Shown here: positions 49,256 through 59,597 of the stretch, piece after piece
How the letters are laid out: each line of letters opens with the position of its first letter
How positions within the stretch are numbered: position 1 is the stretch's first letter
Assembly (NCBI GenBank): GCA_050287085.1
Contig: JBNKBE010000012.1
Span: forward strand, 1 to 64,000
Length of the DNA stretch: 64,000 nt
Reading direction: 5' to 3'
From: Polyangiaceae bacterium
GTDB lineage: Bacteria > Myxococcota_A > Polyangia > Polyangiales > Polyangiaceae
Notes under the pieces: model-generated
Databases searched by the model: none
What the model was told of the DNA's origin: nothing
What the model saw: only the letters and a program-made list of their open reading frames with translations
Translations under genes and position numbers: made by a program

Positions 49256-50857
49256 ATGACGCCTGCGCTTCAACCCTCCGTCACACCCTTGATAGCCCTG
49301 CTAGCGCTGGGTTTCACCTTCGCGTGTGACTCCACGGGAAGGGCGGGCCCCCCCTCGGCGCCGACCAACACCGGAGCGGGTTCCAGCGCTGGCAGCTCCG
49401 AGCTTGGGGAGGGAGGCGCCGCTGTCCTAGACGCCATGCCGACTGCGTCGACTTCCGGCAGCACGTCGGCGCCGACTTCGCCGACGTCTGCACCGAGTGA
49501 GCCAGAGACGCCCCCCATCAGCCCAACAGCGGATTCAGGCATGCCCGAAACCGAGCCTCCTTCAGCGCCCGACGCAGGCGCCGGCGCCCCGGACGCGAAA
49601 CTCGACGACATCGTACTCGAGGTCGCTCCGGTCTGGGCGGGACATCCCGTACCCTTCGCGCTCGCAACCGCGGGAGGATGGCAGTTCGTCGCCTACTACA
49701 ATGCCGAACGACGTATGACGGTGGCCTCTCGGAAGCTTGGCGAACCGGCCTGGGAATACCAGACCCTGGACTCGACCGTGGGCTGGGATAGCCACAACTC
49801 GATCGCCATGGCGGTCGATGAGGCGGGACAGGTGCACGTCAGCGGCAATATGCACAACGTCCCGCTCGTGTACTTTCGAACAACGGAACCCTACCAGATC
49901 ACTTCCTTTGCAAAACTCGCCAACATGGTGGGTCAGAACGAATCGAGTGTGACCTACCCGGAGTTTTTCACCGGTCCTAAGGGCGCCTTGGTATTTGCCT
50001 ATCGCGATGGCGGAAGCGGCAACGGCAACCACGTTTTCAACACCTACGATACCGCTGCCAATCGCTGGACCCGAGTGCTCGATACACCGCTGACGGACGG
50101 TGAAGGCGTCCGCAACGCCTACCCCGTTGGGCCCATTCAGGGACCGGACGCGCACTGGCATCTGGTTTGGGTGTGGCGCGACACGCCCGACGCCGCAACC
50201 AACCACGACCTATCATACGCTCGAACCTCAGATCTCGTACAGTGGGAAGCTGGCGCCGGAACCTCCTTACCCCTGCCCGTCACGCTAAGCGCCAGTGACA
50301 TCGTGGATCCCGTTCCGGCGCAAGGCGGCATGATCAACAACAACACCAAGGTCGGATTTGATGCCCAAGGTCGACCTTGCATCGCCTACCATAAGTACGA
50401 TGCGCAAGGCAACACGCAGCTTTACAATGCACGACTTGAAGAAGGGCGCTGGGTCGTGCACCAAACATCACAATGGAACTACCGCTGGGATTTCGGCGGC
50501 AATGGTACCCTCGTCTTCGAAATCGAGGTCGAGGGGATCCAGGCGCAATCCGATGGAACCCTGACGCAAAGCTTCTATCACGCCCAATACGGTGGTTGGG
50601 GTGCGTTTCGTTTGGACCCCGAGTCGCTCAGCGCGCTCGAAACGATCGAAGCGCCGCTGCCCTATCCGTCAGAATTGGATACGCCCGAATCCGAACCCCC
50701 CGAAATGCGCGTTCGCTGGGCCGCGGATTGGGGTAGCGACGACCAGCATCGCTACATGCTGCGCTGGGAAACCCTAGACTCCAATCGCGACATGGCTCGC
50801 GACACTGCACCTCCCCCTAGCGCCCTGCGTCTGTACGGCTTCGCCATGAGCGAGTGA
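49256..50857 (+). CDS. BNR_4-repeat lipoprotein (beta-propeller, possible polysaccharide lyase/glycosidase)
   Basis: Lipobox TFAC, S/T/P linker, DSHNSIAM, SGNMH, VTYPEF, YRDGGSGNG, WVWRDT, NHDLSY. Confidence 0.75.
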   Translation: MTPALQPSVTPLIALLALGFTFACDSTGRAGPPSAPTNTGAGSSAGSSELGEGGAAVLDAMPTASTSGSTSAPTSPTSAPSEPETPPISPTADSGMPETEPPSAPDAGAGAPDAKLDDIVLEVAPVWAGHPVPFALATAGGWQFVAYYNAERRMTVASRKLGEPAWEYQTLDSTVGWDSHNSIAMAVDEAGQVHVSGNMHNVPLVYFRTTEPYQITSFAKLANMVGQNESSVTYPEFFTGPKGALVFAYRDGGSGNGNHVFNTYDTAANRWTRVLDTPLTDGEGVRNAYPVGPIQGPDAHWHLVWVWRDTPDAATNHDLSYARTSDLVQWEAGAGTSLPLPVTLSASDIVDPVPAQGGMINNNTKVGFDAQGRPCIAYHKYDAQGNTQLYNARLEEGRWVVHQTSQWNYRWDFGGNGTLVFEIEVEGIQAQSDGTLTQSFYHAQYGGWGAFRLDPESLSALETIEAPLPYPSELDTPESEPPEMRVRWAADWGSDDQHRYMLRWETLDSNRDMARDTAPPPSALRLYGFAMSE

Positions 50858-50863
50858 AGGTAC

Positions 50864-53278
50864 TCAAGGCTCGGTGGTAACCTGTAGTTCTCTGCTGCGC
50901 GGGCTTTCTCCCCATTTGTTGAACGCCGTGACGACGTAATAGTAGTCCGCACCCGACTCGAGCCCTGGGTCCTTGAACTCTGACAAGTTGCCGCTCGCCA
51001 CCACTTCGTATTGTCCGCCGCTCGCGCGCGCCCTCAGCACGCGGTATTGCTCGGCGTCCTCGACGGCTTGCCACTGAACCAGCGCTTCATCCGCCGCGGA
51101 CAGTTCGGCCCCGACTTCCGTAGGACTTAGGGGAGCCGACGCACCACTCACTACTCCGAGGAATTGAATCTCGGCGACGTTCCCGAAACCTTTGCTCTCC
51201 GAGATATACCGAAAATAGCGATAGGACTGCTCCCCCTGGACCGGCGCAAACGTAAGTTCTCCTTCTTGCGGCCCCTGCTCGACGACAAATAGGTCCACGA
51301 CATCAGTGGCAAAGTCTTGGCTATTGGATGCCTGAAAGCGGCCACCCACCATGCGCTCCGCGAAGTGAGATCGCGGCGCATAGCCAACGCCGGTCGGGAC
51401 CGCTCTACGTTTCTCTCCCAAGTCTAGCCCAACGAAAGATACCCCCTCGGGTCCGTCAAAGAAGTTGTGGAGAGAGCCATCGAGAGCGAGCTCCCGGGTC
51501 GCGCCGATGTCGCCGTGGGAACCAGTCGTTCCGATCGTCACTCCGAATATCTGCTCCGTTGGTATGGCCAACGCCTCCTCACTGTCTACGCTCTCTCCGT
51601 CAGGGGTGAGCGCGGACACAACATAGTAGTAGCGGCGATTCGGACTCAGCCCAGGGTCGACGTAGTAGGTGCGGCCGTTGCCAAGAGTCGCGATAAGCTG
51701 ATAGGGGCCCCCGCTCTGCTCGGCGCGTTTGATGCGATAGCCCGTCGCATAGGCCGAACCTCTGAAAGAAAGCGTGACTTGCGGCCCCTCCGCATAAGGG
51801 CGCAGTTGACTCGGCACGGCACCCTGCTCGATCGGCTCCAGCGTATGCGTCAAGGTAGTGAAACCAAGCGAATCGTAGCCGCCGCTAGTCGAACCGTAGT
51901 CGCCCCCGCCTCCTTCTGGGCGCACCCGCGCTGCGTAATCCGCCGTAAATGGAGCCGCAATGCCCCGCCGGTGTGTGTAGTGATTGTAGATCAGGTCGAA
52001 CCCGGCACGAAAAGAGCCCCGTCCCGAAGCCGAAATGGTGGCCTGAACCCCTTGTCCGCAGGAGCCCGCGCGCCCCGAAAGCCAGCTGTAGGCCACGTAG
52101 GGGACTTCATGGTCCAGGTTGTAGGCTGCGACGTATTCACTCCCTACCAACAGACGATTATCCGCATACCCGTACAAATCGATGCCCTGATTCCAGGCGA
52201 TTTCACACACGACGCCCAGCAGCATCGGTCCAAGGGTACTATGCCCCTGATCGCGGCCGGCTTCTTGCCACTGCCCGCTGCCGTCGGGGTGAACAAAGTG
52301 CACCGCCTGTTCTATCGCCCCCTGACCGTCGCCGTGCTTGAAGTACTCGATCCCCTCATCGAAGATGTCGTCGCGATCGGCAAACACACCGATCGCAAGC
52401 ACCGCAGCCATATTCGCGAGATCCCAATTGGCCCAGTAGTTACTCTCACACGCGCCGTTATGACGTTTCAGAAAATCGGATTGGAGCGGATAGAAGACCT
52501 CTGTAAGCAAAGTCTGAAGCGGCGCGCGGTCCCAACCCGTGTAGGTGCGCAGCAGCTCGCCGGCCAACGCCAATTGATAGCCATACAACGCCGCGCGCAG
52601 CCCCGCGTTCGAGTCGCCTCGAAACTCAGTGAGGGACGCCGCCCATGCATCCAGAACTTCCGCGGCCTTGTCGGCGAAAGCTGAGTCTTGCGAAATCTGA
52701 TAGCGCAACGCAAGCTGGTAGGCTGCGGCGGCATCACGCGCCAAGAGAATGTAGTTCTCTCCATCGCATTCCCCACCAGCGCAGATGAATGTTTGCGCCC
52801 GCGGCAAGTAGTCCAGCTGCGCATGAGGGTTTCCGAGTAAACGCTCCCAACTTCCCTGCCAAGGCTGCAGCTCAGCTTGCACTTTGCGCCGCATGCGTTC
52901 GAGATCACTAGCGGTCGAAAGCCCTCCCGGATGGGTAAAACGCCTCGCCCCCGGTTCGTTCTCTGCGCCGGCTTCCCGCGGCGAGCTCGCATCCGGCTCA
53001 CCCCCTGGTGCGCTCGCATCCTGCAGCGGGTTCGGCTCCTCATCCCCCGCATCTCTGCCCGCGAACGCTGCGCCGCCCGTGCCCGGCACCGCTGGCCCTC
53101 CTTTCGGGGGCGAGCCACCCGCGTCCGCAGCGCCTGCGCTTGACCCTGCCGCACCCCCCGTAGCGGCGCCGCTATCGGTCCCGCCGAGGCGCTTGCCTTC
53201 GGCCTGGCAACCCAGAACGAACGCAGCGATCATCCCAAGCTGCGCCAGCAAAGGGGACCCAAAGACGCGTTTGTGCAT
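50864..53278 (-). CDS. Alginate lyase-family lipoprotein with FN3 and discoidin-like domains
   Basis: Lipobox VLGC; FTHPG, YWANWD, QWQEAGRDQGH, YDSLGF; two FN3-like YYYVV modules and a carbohydrate-binding-like domain. Confidence 0.8.
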   Translation of the reverse strand: MHKRVFGSPLLAQLGMIAAFVLGCQAEGKRLGGTDSGAATGGAAGSSAGAADAGGSPPKGGPAVPGTGGAAFAGRDAGDEEPNPLQDASAPGGEPDASSPREAGAENEPGARRFTHPGGLSTASDLERMRRKVQAELQPWQGSWERLLGNPHAQLDYLPRAQTFICAGGECDGENYILLARDAAAAYQLALRYQISQDSAFADKAAEVLDAWAASLTEFRGDSNAGLRAALYGYQLALAGELLRTYTGWDRAPLQTLLTEVFYPLQSDFLKRHNGACESNYWANWDLANMAAVLAIGVFADRDDIFDEGIEYFKHGDGQGAIEQAVHFVHPDGSGQWQEAGRDQGHSTLGPMLLGVVCEIAWNQGIDLYGYADNRLLVGSEYVAAYNLDHEVPYVAYSWLSGRAGSCGQGVQATISASGRGSFRAGFDLIYNHYTHRRGIAAPFTADYAARVRPEGGGGDYGSTSGGYDSLGFTTLTHTLEPIEQGAVPSQLRPYAEGPQVTLSFRGSAYATGYRIKRAEQSGGPYQLIATLGNGRTYYVDPGLSPNRRYYYVVSALTPDGESVDSEEALAIPTEQIFGVTIGTTGSHGDIGATRELALDGSLHNFFDGPEGVSFVGLDLGEKRRAVPTGVGYAPRSHFAERMVGGRFQASNSQDFATDVVDLFVVEQGPQEGELTFAPVQGEQSYRYFRYISESKGFGNVAEIQFLGVVSGASAPLSPTEVGAELSAADEALVQWQAVEDAEQYRVLRARASGGQYEVVASGNLSEFKDPGLESGADYYYVVTAFNKWGESPRSRELQVTTEP

Positions 53279-53385
53279 GCCTCACTCTAGCGGGTCCCCT
53301 GGGCTGCGACGAGGCTGCAAAGCCGGCGTCTCAGAACGGCGCTGCAGGATATGATCTGAGCTCGCGAATACGACCCGATCCGAGC

Positions 53386-54588
53386 TCACTCTAGGATGGA
53401 TTGAACCCAGGGCAGCAGCTTGTCGGGCCAATTGCGACCTTCCATGCTCGCATCACCCGGATGACACGTGGAGTGCCCGCCGCTTCGATAGATGTCGAGA
53501 TTCGTTTCGGCCCCCTTTGCGCTCACCTGCATATCGACCGTGCGCGCCAAAGCAATCGGCGCAATCGTGTCATCTTCTGCATGGCAGAAGTAAACGGGAG
53601 GCACGCCATCGGGGAAGGTGAAGGGGGACTCCGGCCTGTAGAAGGCCCAAGTCGACATCGAACCTACAAACGCAGGCCGACTATCATGTGTCTCAATCGG
53701 ATCCGCTGAATTGGGGTCCCCTTCGTCGAAGTTGGCCGCAAGATTGAGCACGACATGGGATCCCGCGGAATAGCCGACGATGCCTAAGTGCTCGACGTCG
53801 ACGCCCCAGTGTGCGGCGTTGTGCTTCACGATACGAACAGCTCGCTTGGCGTCGAGCAGCGCATCGCGCGGAGCATCCGTCGAACCATCTCCGACGCGAT
53901 ACTTCACGGCGAACACCGCCACCCCCTGCGGCCCGACGCGTTCAGCCAAACGCGTTGCATGCGTGTCCATATCGAGGCCGGTATAGCCGCCCCCAGGAAA
54001 GACGATGTACCCGTAGCCGGTGCGCTTGCTATCGTCCATCGCGAAACGACGAATCGTGGGCACACTCACGTTGCTTATCGACCCTTGGCCGTTCACCGTT
54101 TCAGCTGGGGCGTTGGCCTTGAAGTTCGGGGGATTGCCCTCAAAAAGTGGCATCTCGTCGAAGACGTCCGCGCTTATCGGCTCATAGGTGATCTCGGGCT
54201 CCGGGGCTCCACCAGCGCCCGCTTCCCCGGCGCCGCCCGCCGAGTCCGTCCCTGAGCTGCCACCGACCGAGTTCCCAGCGGCGCCGCCAACAGCTTCCCC
54301 GCCGGCGGCTCCAGCCGCCCCCCCATTGTCTTCGCCCGCGCTGCCAAGCCCACCGCCGCCGCCAGCGCCCCCTGTCTGCGCGTCAGAATTCGCCCCCGCC
54401 GAAGCACCACCGCCAACGCCCGCGGCCGCGTCGCTTCCGGCTTGGCCCATCCCAGCTGGAGCCTGACCACCCGTTCCCGCTGGCGCGCCAGCGCCCCCTC
54501 CCGCGCTGGGCGAGGGGTCCGGATCCGTGGTGCCACATCCCGCTACCACCATGATCCAGCCAATGCGCGACAAGTTTCTCCAGCTCAT
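53386..54588 (-). CDS. Alpha/beta hydrolase (carbohydrate esterase-like) lipoprotein
   Basis: Lipobox VAGC, Gly-rich linker, FPGGGY, GYSAG nucleophile, HAEDD, GGH. Confidence 0.85.
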   Translation of the reverse strand: MSWRNLSRIGWIMVVAGCGTTDPDPSPSAGGGAGAPAGTGGQAPAGMGQAGSDAAAGVGGGASAGANSDAQTGGAGGGGGLGSAGEDNGGAAGAAGGEAVGGAAGNSVGGSSGTDSAGGAGEAGAGGAPEPEITYEPISADVFDEMPLFEGNPPNFKANAPAETVNGQGSISNVSVPTIRRFAMDDSKRTGYGYIVFPGGGYTGLDMDTHATRLAERVGPQGVAVFAVKYRVGDGSTDAPRDALLDAKRAVRIVKHNAAHWGVDVEHLGIVGYSAGSHVVLNLAANFDEGDPNSADPIETHDSRPAFVGSMSTWAFYRPESPFTFPDGVPPVYFCHAEDDTIAPIALARTVDMQVSAKGAETNLDIYRSGGHSTCHPGDASMEGRNWPDKLLPWVQSILE

Positions 54589-54989
54589 ACAGACCTCAGC
54601 AAATAGTTCCAAGAGCAACTCCGATTGGCCTCAGCAGCCAAGCAGTAGTCGCCACCAATTCAGACAGTCGGAAGACTCGACGGGGGGGAAGTCCACCGAC
54701 GTTGGGGCTCGATTTCAAGGAGTGCGTGACTGAAGTCTTAGCCCAAGACTACGCGACGGGAAGCTCAAAAATGGGCTCTCGAGCTTTGCTGGGGCGCGGT
54801 CGCCTCCCGATCCAAGCGCAAAGCGGAAGCTCTGCCTTGCGATCCGGCGGAAGGACGACACGCGCTTCGTCTCAGACTCGGCGCGAAGCCGCGTGAGTGG
54901 AAGTCTTTCTCTTGGCTTCAACAGCACCCCAGACGTCTTCCACCTCGCCGGGTTTCGGGCGTTCTAAGACGCGGCGCTGAGAGCGCTGC

Positions 54990-55043
54990 GACCTGAGCCC
55001 AAGGAGCGAGCTCAGCCCAAGGAGTGACCTGAGCTCAAGGAAA
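54990..55043. repeat. 18-bp imperfect tandem repeat x3 spanning a stop codon
   Basis: GACCTGAGCCCAAGGAGC / GAGCTCAGCCCAAGGAGT / GACCTGAGCTCAAGGAAA. Confidence 0.75.
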
Positions 55044-56315
55044 ACCGGGGATGCTCATGGTCAATTCACGCAGCTGGGTGCCGGGCCCCGTAACAAGCAC
55101 CGTCTTGCCGTCCTCACCCCCAAAGGCCAAGTTGGTACCACTGCCCCAATTGCCAATGTTTTGGCCTCCCGGATTGTAGATATTGCCGTCCGCGTAGACA
55201 TTCCCCGCACAGTCCACCGCCATGCCGTCGCCTCGCGTAAAGATCGTCTGTCGATTGGATGGCGCGCCCTGCGCGTCCAGATCCCACATGTCCATGAGGA
55301 TTACGTAGAGACGGCTTTCGTCGGGCGATAACCCGATACCGTTGCAGTTGCCCTGGGCTATCCGGTTCACGGTTCCATCCGGAGATACGCTGAAGGCTCC
55401 GGGGCCAACACCCACGGGACGCCCGGCGAGCTCATTCGTTGGGTTGGTAAAATAGACAGTGCCGTTCGAGTGCTGAATCAGGTCGTTAGGGGTGTCCAGC
55501 ATCTGCCCCATGTAGCTGTCAGCGACCGTGGTGCGCTCTTTCGTCTTCAGGTCGATGTGCAGGATCGACCGCGTTTCTTGGCACGCGGCAAGTAGGCCCC
55601 CATCGTTCGCCACGGCCAAGCCATTGCAACCGATGTCGTCGATGAAGACTTCACACCCCTCGCCGGGAGTGTACTTGATCATCTGCCCACCGTTGGCTGA
55701 CAGGGCGACAAAGTTGGAGAAGAAGAACGCACCTTCGGATGCAACCCAAGTGGGTCCTTCATTCCAAGTGAACTTGAAGTTGAAGTTCCCACAGATGTTG
55801 CGGCTCGAAACCACTTCGGGCTGCCCCAAAGGCCCGTCCGGGCAGGCAAAACGTTCTGACTCTTCTGTCGGGGCCCCCCCAGCTCCCGCCATCTCGCCCC
55901 CCGCGCCTTCTCCCGCAGCACCACCGACCTCCGCCCCAGAGGCGCCACCTCCATTGTCGAGGCCCCCGCTGCCACCTTCAGCGCTCGCGCCGGCTCCGCC
56001 GGTGGTCCCGCCGGAGCCGGCTCCTCCCGAAACCGCATTACCACCGGCGTTTCCACCGGCCGTGGCGACGGGCATGCCTCCAGCGCCGAGCTCCGAAGTA
56101 CCCCCACCCCCGCCCACGCTTGTCGTCGACTGCCCAGCACTGGCTCCATCGCCCGCAAGTCCACCCTGCGCACCTGCGCCGCCAGCCCCCACTCCGCTGG
56201 GACTCTCCGCGTCAGAACCGGCGCATCCGCATAGCTCTAGCAGCGCGACCGCGGCTATCGCCACCGGGCGAGATCGAAAAACGGGCCTCTTAGGGTACAT
56301 CATGCGATCCCGCAT
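55035..56315 (-). CDS. SMP-30/gluconolactonase family lipoprotein
   Basis: Lipobox LCGC, Gly-rich linker, EGPTW, PNDL, NGIGLSPD, DGMAVDCAGN, TNLAFGGEDGK. Confidence 0.9.
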   Translation of the reverse strand: MRDRMMYPKRPVFRSRPVAIAAVALLELCGCAGSDAESPSGVGAGGAGAQGGLAGDGASAGQSTTSVGGGGGTSELGAGGMPVATAGGNAGGNAVSGGAGSGGTTGGAGASAEGGSGGLDNGGGASGAEVGGAAGEGAGGEMAGAGGAPTEESERFACPDGPLGQPEVVSSRNICGNFNFKFTWNEGPTWVASEGAFFFSNFVALSANGGQMIKYTPGEGCEVFIDDIGCNGLAVANDGGLLAACQETRSILHIDLKTKERTTVADSYMGQMLDTPNDLIQHSNGTVYFTNPTNELAGRPVGVGPGAFSVSPDGTVNRIAQGNCNGIGLSPDESRLYVILMDMWDLDAQGAPSNRQTIFTRGDGMAVDCAGNVYADGNIYNPGGQNIGNWGSGTNLAFGGEDGKTVLVTGPGTQLRELTMSIPGFP

Positions 56316-56509
56316 CCTAGCCCAGACCCCTTCCTCGACTCGCGACAATCAACACCTCACCCCAGGGACCCCGTCGCTCGGTGCAAAAATTGGCGCCCGC
56401 AGGAATGCTCGTTCGAATGCCCAGCCGCAGCGACCGAACCCACCACTCACCACCTGCTCGACGCTTCCTCCTCCAATCACGACGAGGCGGCGACGCGCTC
56501 CGACTTCAG

Positions 56510-57127
56510 CTACTCACTGAAGCAGCTGTCGTATGATAACACGTCGAAGGCAAGTGACAGCTCGAGTGGCGGGGCCTCCGCATCTACTTCGTCGATGAGG
56601 ATGGCGTCGACCTCGCCCACAAAACGTGGTCTAACGCTGTCTACGTGCAGCGTGATGTCACCTATTGACATGTTGCCATCATTCGCCACGAACACACGCC
56701 CGTCCTGGGTGACCACACGCATGTAGAGAATGTAAAGCGAGTCCCCCTCGTAGTCGCCAGGCTCAAAAACGAAAGCGCTAAATTGCACCCTCAGTCCGTC
56801 AAGCGCTGCGGTGAAACCCGAAAAACACGGGATGTTCTCCATCGAGTTGGCAAGCTCGTCAACAGCGCCCGTGCCGTCGCGGAACCCCACAGTATTGGGC
56901 TTCGTATCGGGTGACATTGTGCCGGTCAGAACATCGGAGCTCGGCGCGGAACTCGGGACCGGTTGCTCAGGTCGATGGCCCTCGGGGAGCACGGCGGCAT
57001 CGCCGGCGGGGGGTCTGTCACCTACTTCGGAGGCACTGGTGCTGGAGTGCTCGTCCGCCACGCGCCCTCCGCAGGCAAGAGCAAGCAACCCCACGACTCC
57101 GATGGACAATATGACAGGGCCCCTCAT
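56510..57127 (-). CDS. Hypothetical lipoprotein
   Basis: Lipobox ALAC, Pro/Ser linker, small beta-rich domain. Confidence 0.65.
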   Translation of the reverse strand: MRGPVILSIGVVGLLALACGGRVADEHSSTSASEVGDRPPAGDAAVLPEGHRPEQPVPSSAPSSDVLTGTMSPDTKPNTVGFRDGTGAVDELANSMENIPCFSGFTAALDGLRVQFSAFVFEPGDYEGDSLYILYMRVVTQDGRVFVANDGNMSIGDITLHVDSVRPRFVGEVDAILIDEVDAEAPPLELSLAFDVLSYDSCFSE

Positions 57128-57265
57128 ACCACCGCTTCGCTCCAAGTCATGACAGTGCGGATTCTAGCGCCGAGGCGGGATATGCCGCCACCAATAGCTG
57201 ATGCTACCCGCTACGTCGCCCCTTGGGAGCGACTCGGCCAGGGCGAATCACGTCAACAGCATGCT

Positions 57266-58621
57266 TCACTCCTGCCAGACCAGTTCCCGCTCAACGACCT
57301 CCCCCCCGCTGCGCGCTATCGAAAAGCGCAAGCGATCCGGCGCCGTGAACTCAACGGCTTGAGGCCAGATATACGCGTACCAGACAAATGCGATCTGTTG
57401 TGGACTCAGGTCGGAGCGAGCAATCACAATAGGAGTGCCTCCGCCCACCGGCACCTTGAGCACGTTGGCCGCCCTATCCCGGCACAAGATCCAAGCGCCG
57501 CCAGGGGATAATGTGGGTGAAAAGCACGGCGCGAACGCTTGCCGCTCAAACGATGGGAGGGATATGCGCTCCAGGATTATCTCCGAGGAGCCGCCAAAGG
57601 GCGCCGCCCGCTTCGCTTCGTCCGGCGCCGTCAGCACCAGGTCCGTCAGCTCGCTCACGAAGAGGGCATCCCCCGCTGGACTCGCCGCAGCGCCACTGCC
57701 GAAGTCCCCCGGCACCGCCACGAGAACAGGGTGCCGAGCGCTGAGAACGTAGCTCGCGGTACTGCAGGCATCGCCCCCGCACTCCGTCGTCAACGTCAGT
57801 AGCAGCACGGAGCCGAGCCCCAGCTCTTCTAGCACACACTGCTCTAGGGGTTGGGGCTCAGGGTAATTAACCTTTCTACGGCACCAGTTTTTCAGCAACT
57901 CACCGCTACTACGCTTGGGGTCCAGCGCGCGCTGGACGCGAGGGGGCAGTTCCGCTTCCGAAGCGGCCCTCAGCGCGGCCTTCTCCGCCCACTCTTGCTC
58001 CTGCTGGGACACGGGCAGTACGTCAGCGTACTCGGCTAGCAACTCATCGCGCGCCGCAACCCACTCCGGGCTCCGCTCGTTGCGATCTGAGTCGTGGGTC
58101 GCTGACGGAGTGTTGAGCGCCGGCGGGAGCGCTGCCGACGAGCCCTGCGGCTCACCCCGAAGCGCGGTCTGGCACCGATGGTCGCGACATAGGACAACAA
58201 TGTCGTCGGAAGCCGCAGCGCTCTGCCCATTGTCGAGCAGCGTGTCCTCGGCCACACATTCGCACAAACCAACCCCCAGACATGTCGCAACGTCCCGCCT
58301 AAACTGGGACATGGCATGGCGAGCCACCCCGAGAGCCCGCAGCCTCCCACAACAGTCCGCCAGGGACCACTCGATGGCACAGTCGGAAGCGAGGGTGCAT
58401 TCCACTCCATAGCTGACTTGGCGCGTCCCTTGACCCACGCATGTGATGCTTGCCCTCTGTGGCGCTTGCTTTTCCGAGGCGGCGGGCGCGCGGGTTGTTG
58501 TGACGCAGGCGGGAACAAGGACTGCCAGCGCAACCCTCAGACTCTGCCTGCGCCACCATGCGCTTCGTAGTCGAGACTGCAGCTCGGGGATTGATTCTGC
58601 GTTGGCCAGCGCTCTTTGCAT
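57266..58621 (-). CDS. Hypothetical lipoprotein with Cys-rich domain and partial propeller-like C-terminus
   Basis: VALAVLVPAC lipobox-like; about ten Cys in CTLASDC...CCG...CEC...C; SPGG / SPAG blade motifs; start uncertain. Confidence 0.55.
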   Translation of the reverse strand: MQRALANAESIPELQSRLRSAWWRRQSLRVALAVLVPACVTTTRAPAASEKQAPQRASITCVGQGTRQVSYGVECTLASDCAIEWSLADCCGRLRALGVARHAMSQFRRDVATCLGVGLCECVAEDTLLDNGQSAAASDDIVVLCRDHRCQTALRGEPQGSSAALPPALNTPSATHDSDRNERSPEWVAARDELLAEYADVLPVSQQEQEWAEKAALRAASEAELPPRVQRALDPKRSSGELLKNWCRRKVNYPEPQPLEQCVLEELGLGSVLLLTLTTECGGDACSTASYVLSARHPVLVAVPGDFGSGAAASPAGDALFVSELTDLVLTAPDEAKRAAPFGGSSEIILERISLPSFERQAFAPCFSPTLSPGGAWILCRDRAANVLKVPVGGGTPIVIARSDLSPQQIAFVWYAYIWPQAVEFTAPDRLRFSIARSGGEVVERELVWQE

Positions 58622-58655
58622 CGTGCCGGTATGATGTGCCGCAACGCCCGGCTTG

Positions 58656-59597
58656 TCACTCCGTTCGCGGCTCAATGCCCGCGACTGGTCGAGTTGCCAG
58701 CTTTCGGGCAAAGTCTCGAAACACGGACGCAAACGGAGAGTTCCGCCGCCAAGCAAAGCCAACGGTCCGCCCCGCGCCCTCGGACTCCGAGACGAGCCGC
58801 GTCGCTAGGCGCGCTCGCTGGCACTCGATGGCCACCGCAGTCGCAGGGAGAAGCGTGATACCCCACCCCGCCGCCACCATCTGCGTGACAGTTGCCAAGC
58901 TGGTCGCGTCAAAAGCCGGCCGCCTGAGGGGCACACGGGAGCACAAGTGCAACGCCTGCTCGCGCAGGCAGTGCCCCTCTTCAAGCAATAAGATGGGGTA
59001 ACCCCGCAGCGCTTCGAGCCCGAGGGGCTCTTCGCCCCCGGTCAGAGGATGTCCCGCTTGAGCCGCGAGCACAAATGGCTCCCAGCCGAGCGGGGCCGTT
59101 TCCAGGTCCCCCAAGTCAGCCTCCAGCGCTAGCAGCGCCAAGTCGAGCTCCCCGCGCTGAAGCGCGGCTTTCAGGGACTCGGTGCGATCCTCGCGCCAGA
59201 TCAACGACAACGCCGGATACAACTCCCCGATCACAGCAATGAGCGGAGGTAGTAGATAGGGGGCAATTGTCGGGATCACCCCCACCCGCCAGCTCCCTTC
59301 GTAGGGGTTCTGGGCCAGCCGCGCGCTGGACTCGAAGAGCTCAACCGCCGACAGGACGGCCTTAGCCCGCTCCAGCAACACTCCAGCAGCTGAGGTCGGA
59401 AGCACCCGTCGCTTGTCCCGCTCGAAGAGCTCAACCCCCAACGTCTCTTCGAGCTGAGCAACTTGAGCACTGAGGGAGGGCTGTGACACGCCGCAGGCCT
59501 CCGCAGCCTTGCGGAAGCTTAGTTCTTCTGCAACGGCAACGGCGTACTGAAGCTGCCTCAGCGTGAAGTTATAGACGTTGCGCTTGGTGTGCGACAT
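58656..59597 (-). CDS. oxyR: Hydrogen peroxide-inducible LysR-family regulator OxyR
   Basis: LysR HTH (SFRKAAEACGVSQPSLS), GVIPTIAPYLLP, redox motif LLEEGHCLREQALHLC with both Cys; next to katG. Confidence 0.9.
   Translation of the reverse strand: MSHTKRNVYNFTLRQLQYAVAVAEELSFRKAAEACGVSQPSLSAQVAQLEETLGVELFERDKRRVLPTSAAGVLLERAKAVLSAVELFESSARLAQNPYEGSWRVGVIPTIAPYLLPPLIAVIGELYPALSLIWREDRTESLKAALQRGELDLALLALEADLGDLETAPLGWEPFVLAAQAGHPLTGGEEPLGLEALRGYPILLLEEGHCLREQALHLCSRVPLRRPAFDATSLATVTQMVAAGWGITLLPATAVAIECQRARLATRLVSESEGAGRTVGFAWRRNSPFASVFRDFARKLATRPVAGIEPRTE

Noticed and set aside
51467..52684. 405-aa plus-strand ORF
   Set aside because: Antisense shadow of the alginate-lyase-family gene.
54990..55043. 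Possible CRISPR or REP array
   Set aside because: Units are 18 bp, contiguous and overlap a stop codon; no spacers.
55528..56520. 330-aa Pro-rich plus-strand ORF
   Set aside because: Mirror of the Gly-rich linker of the lactonase on the opposite strand.
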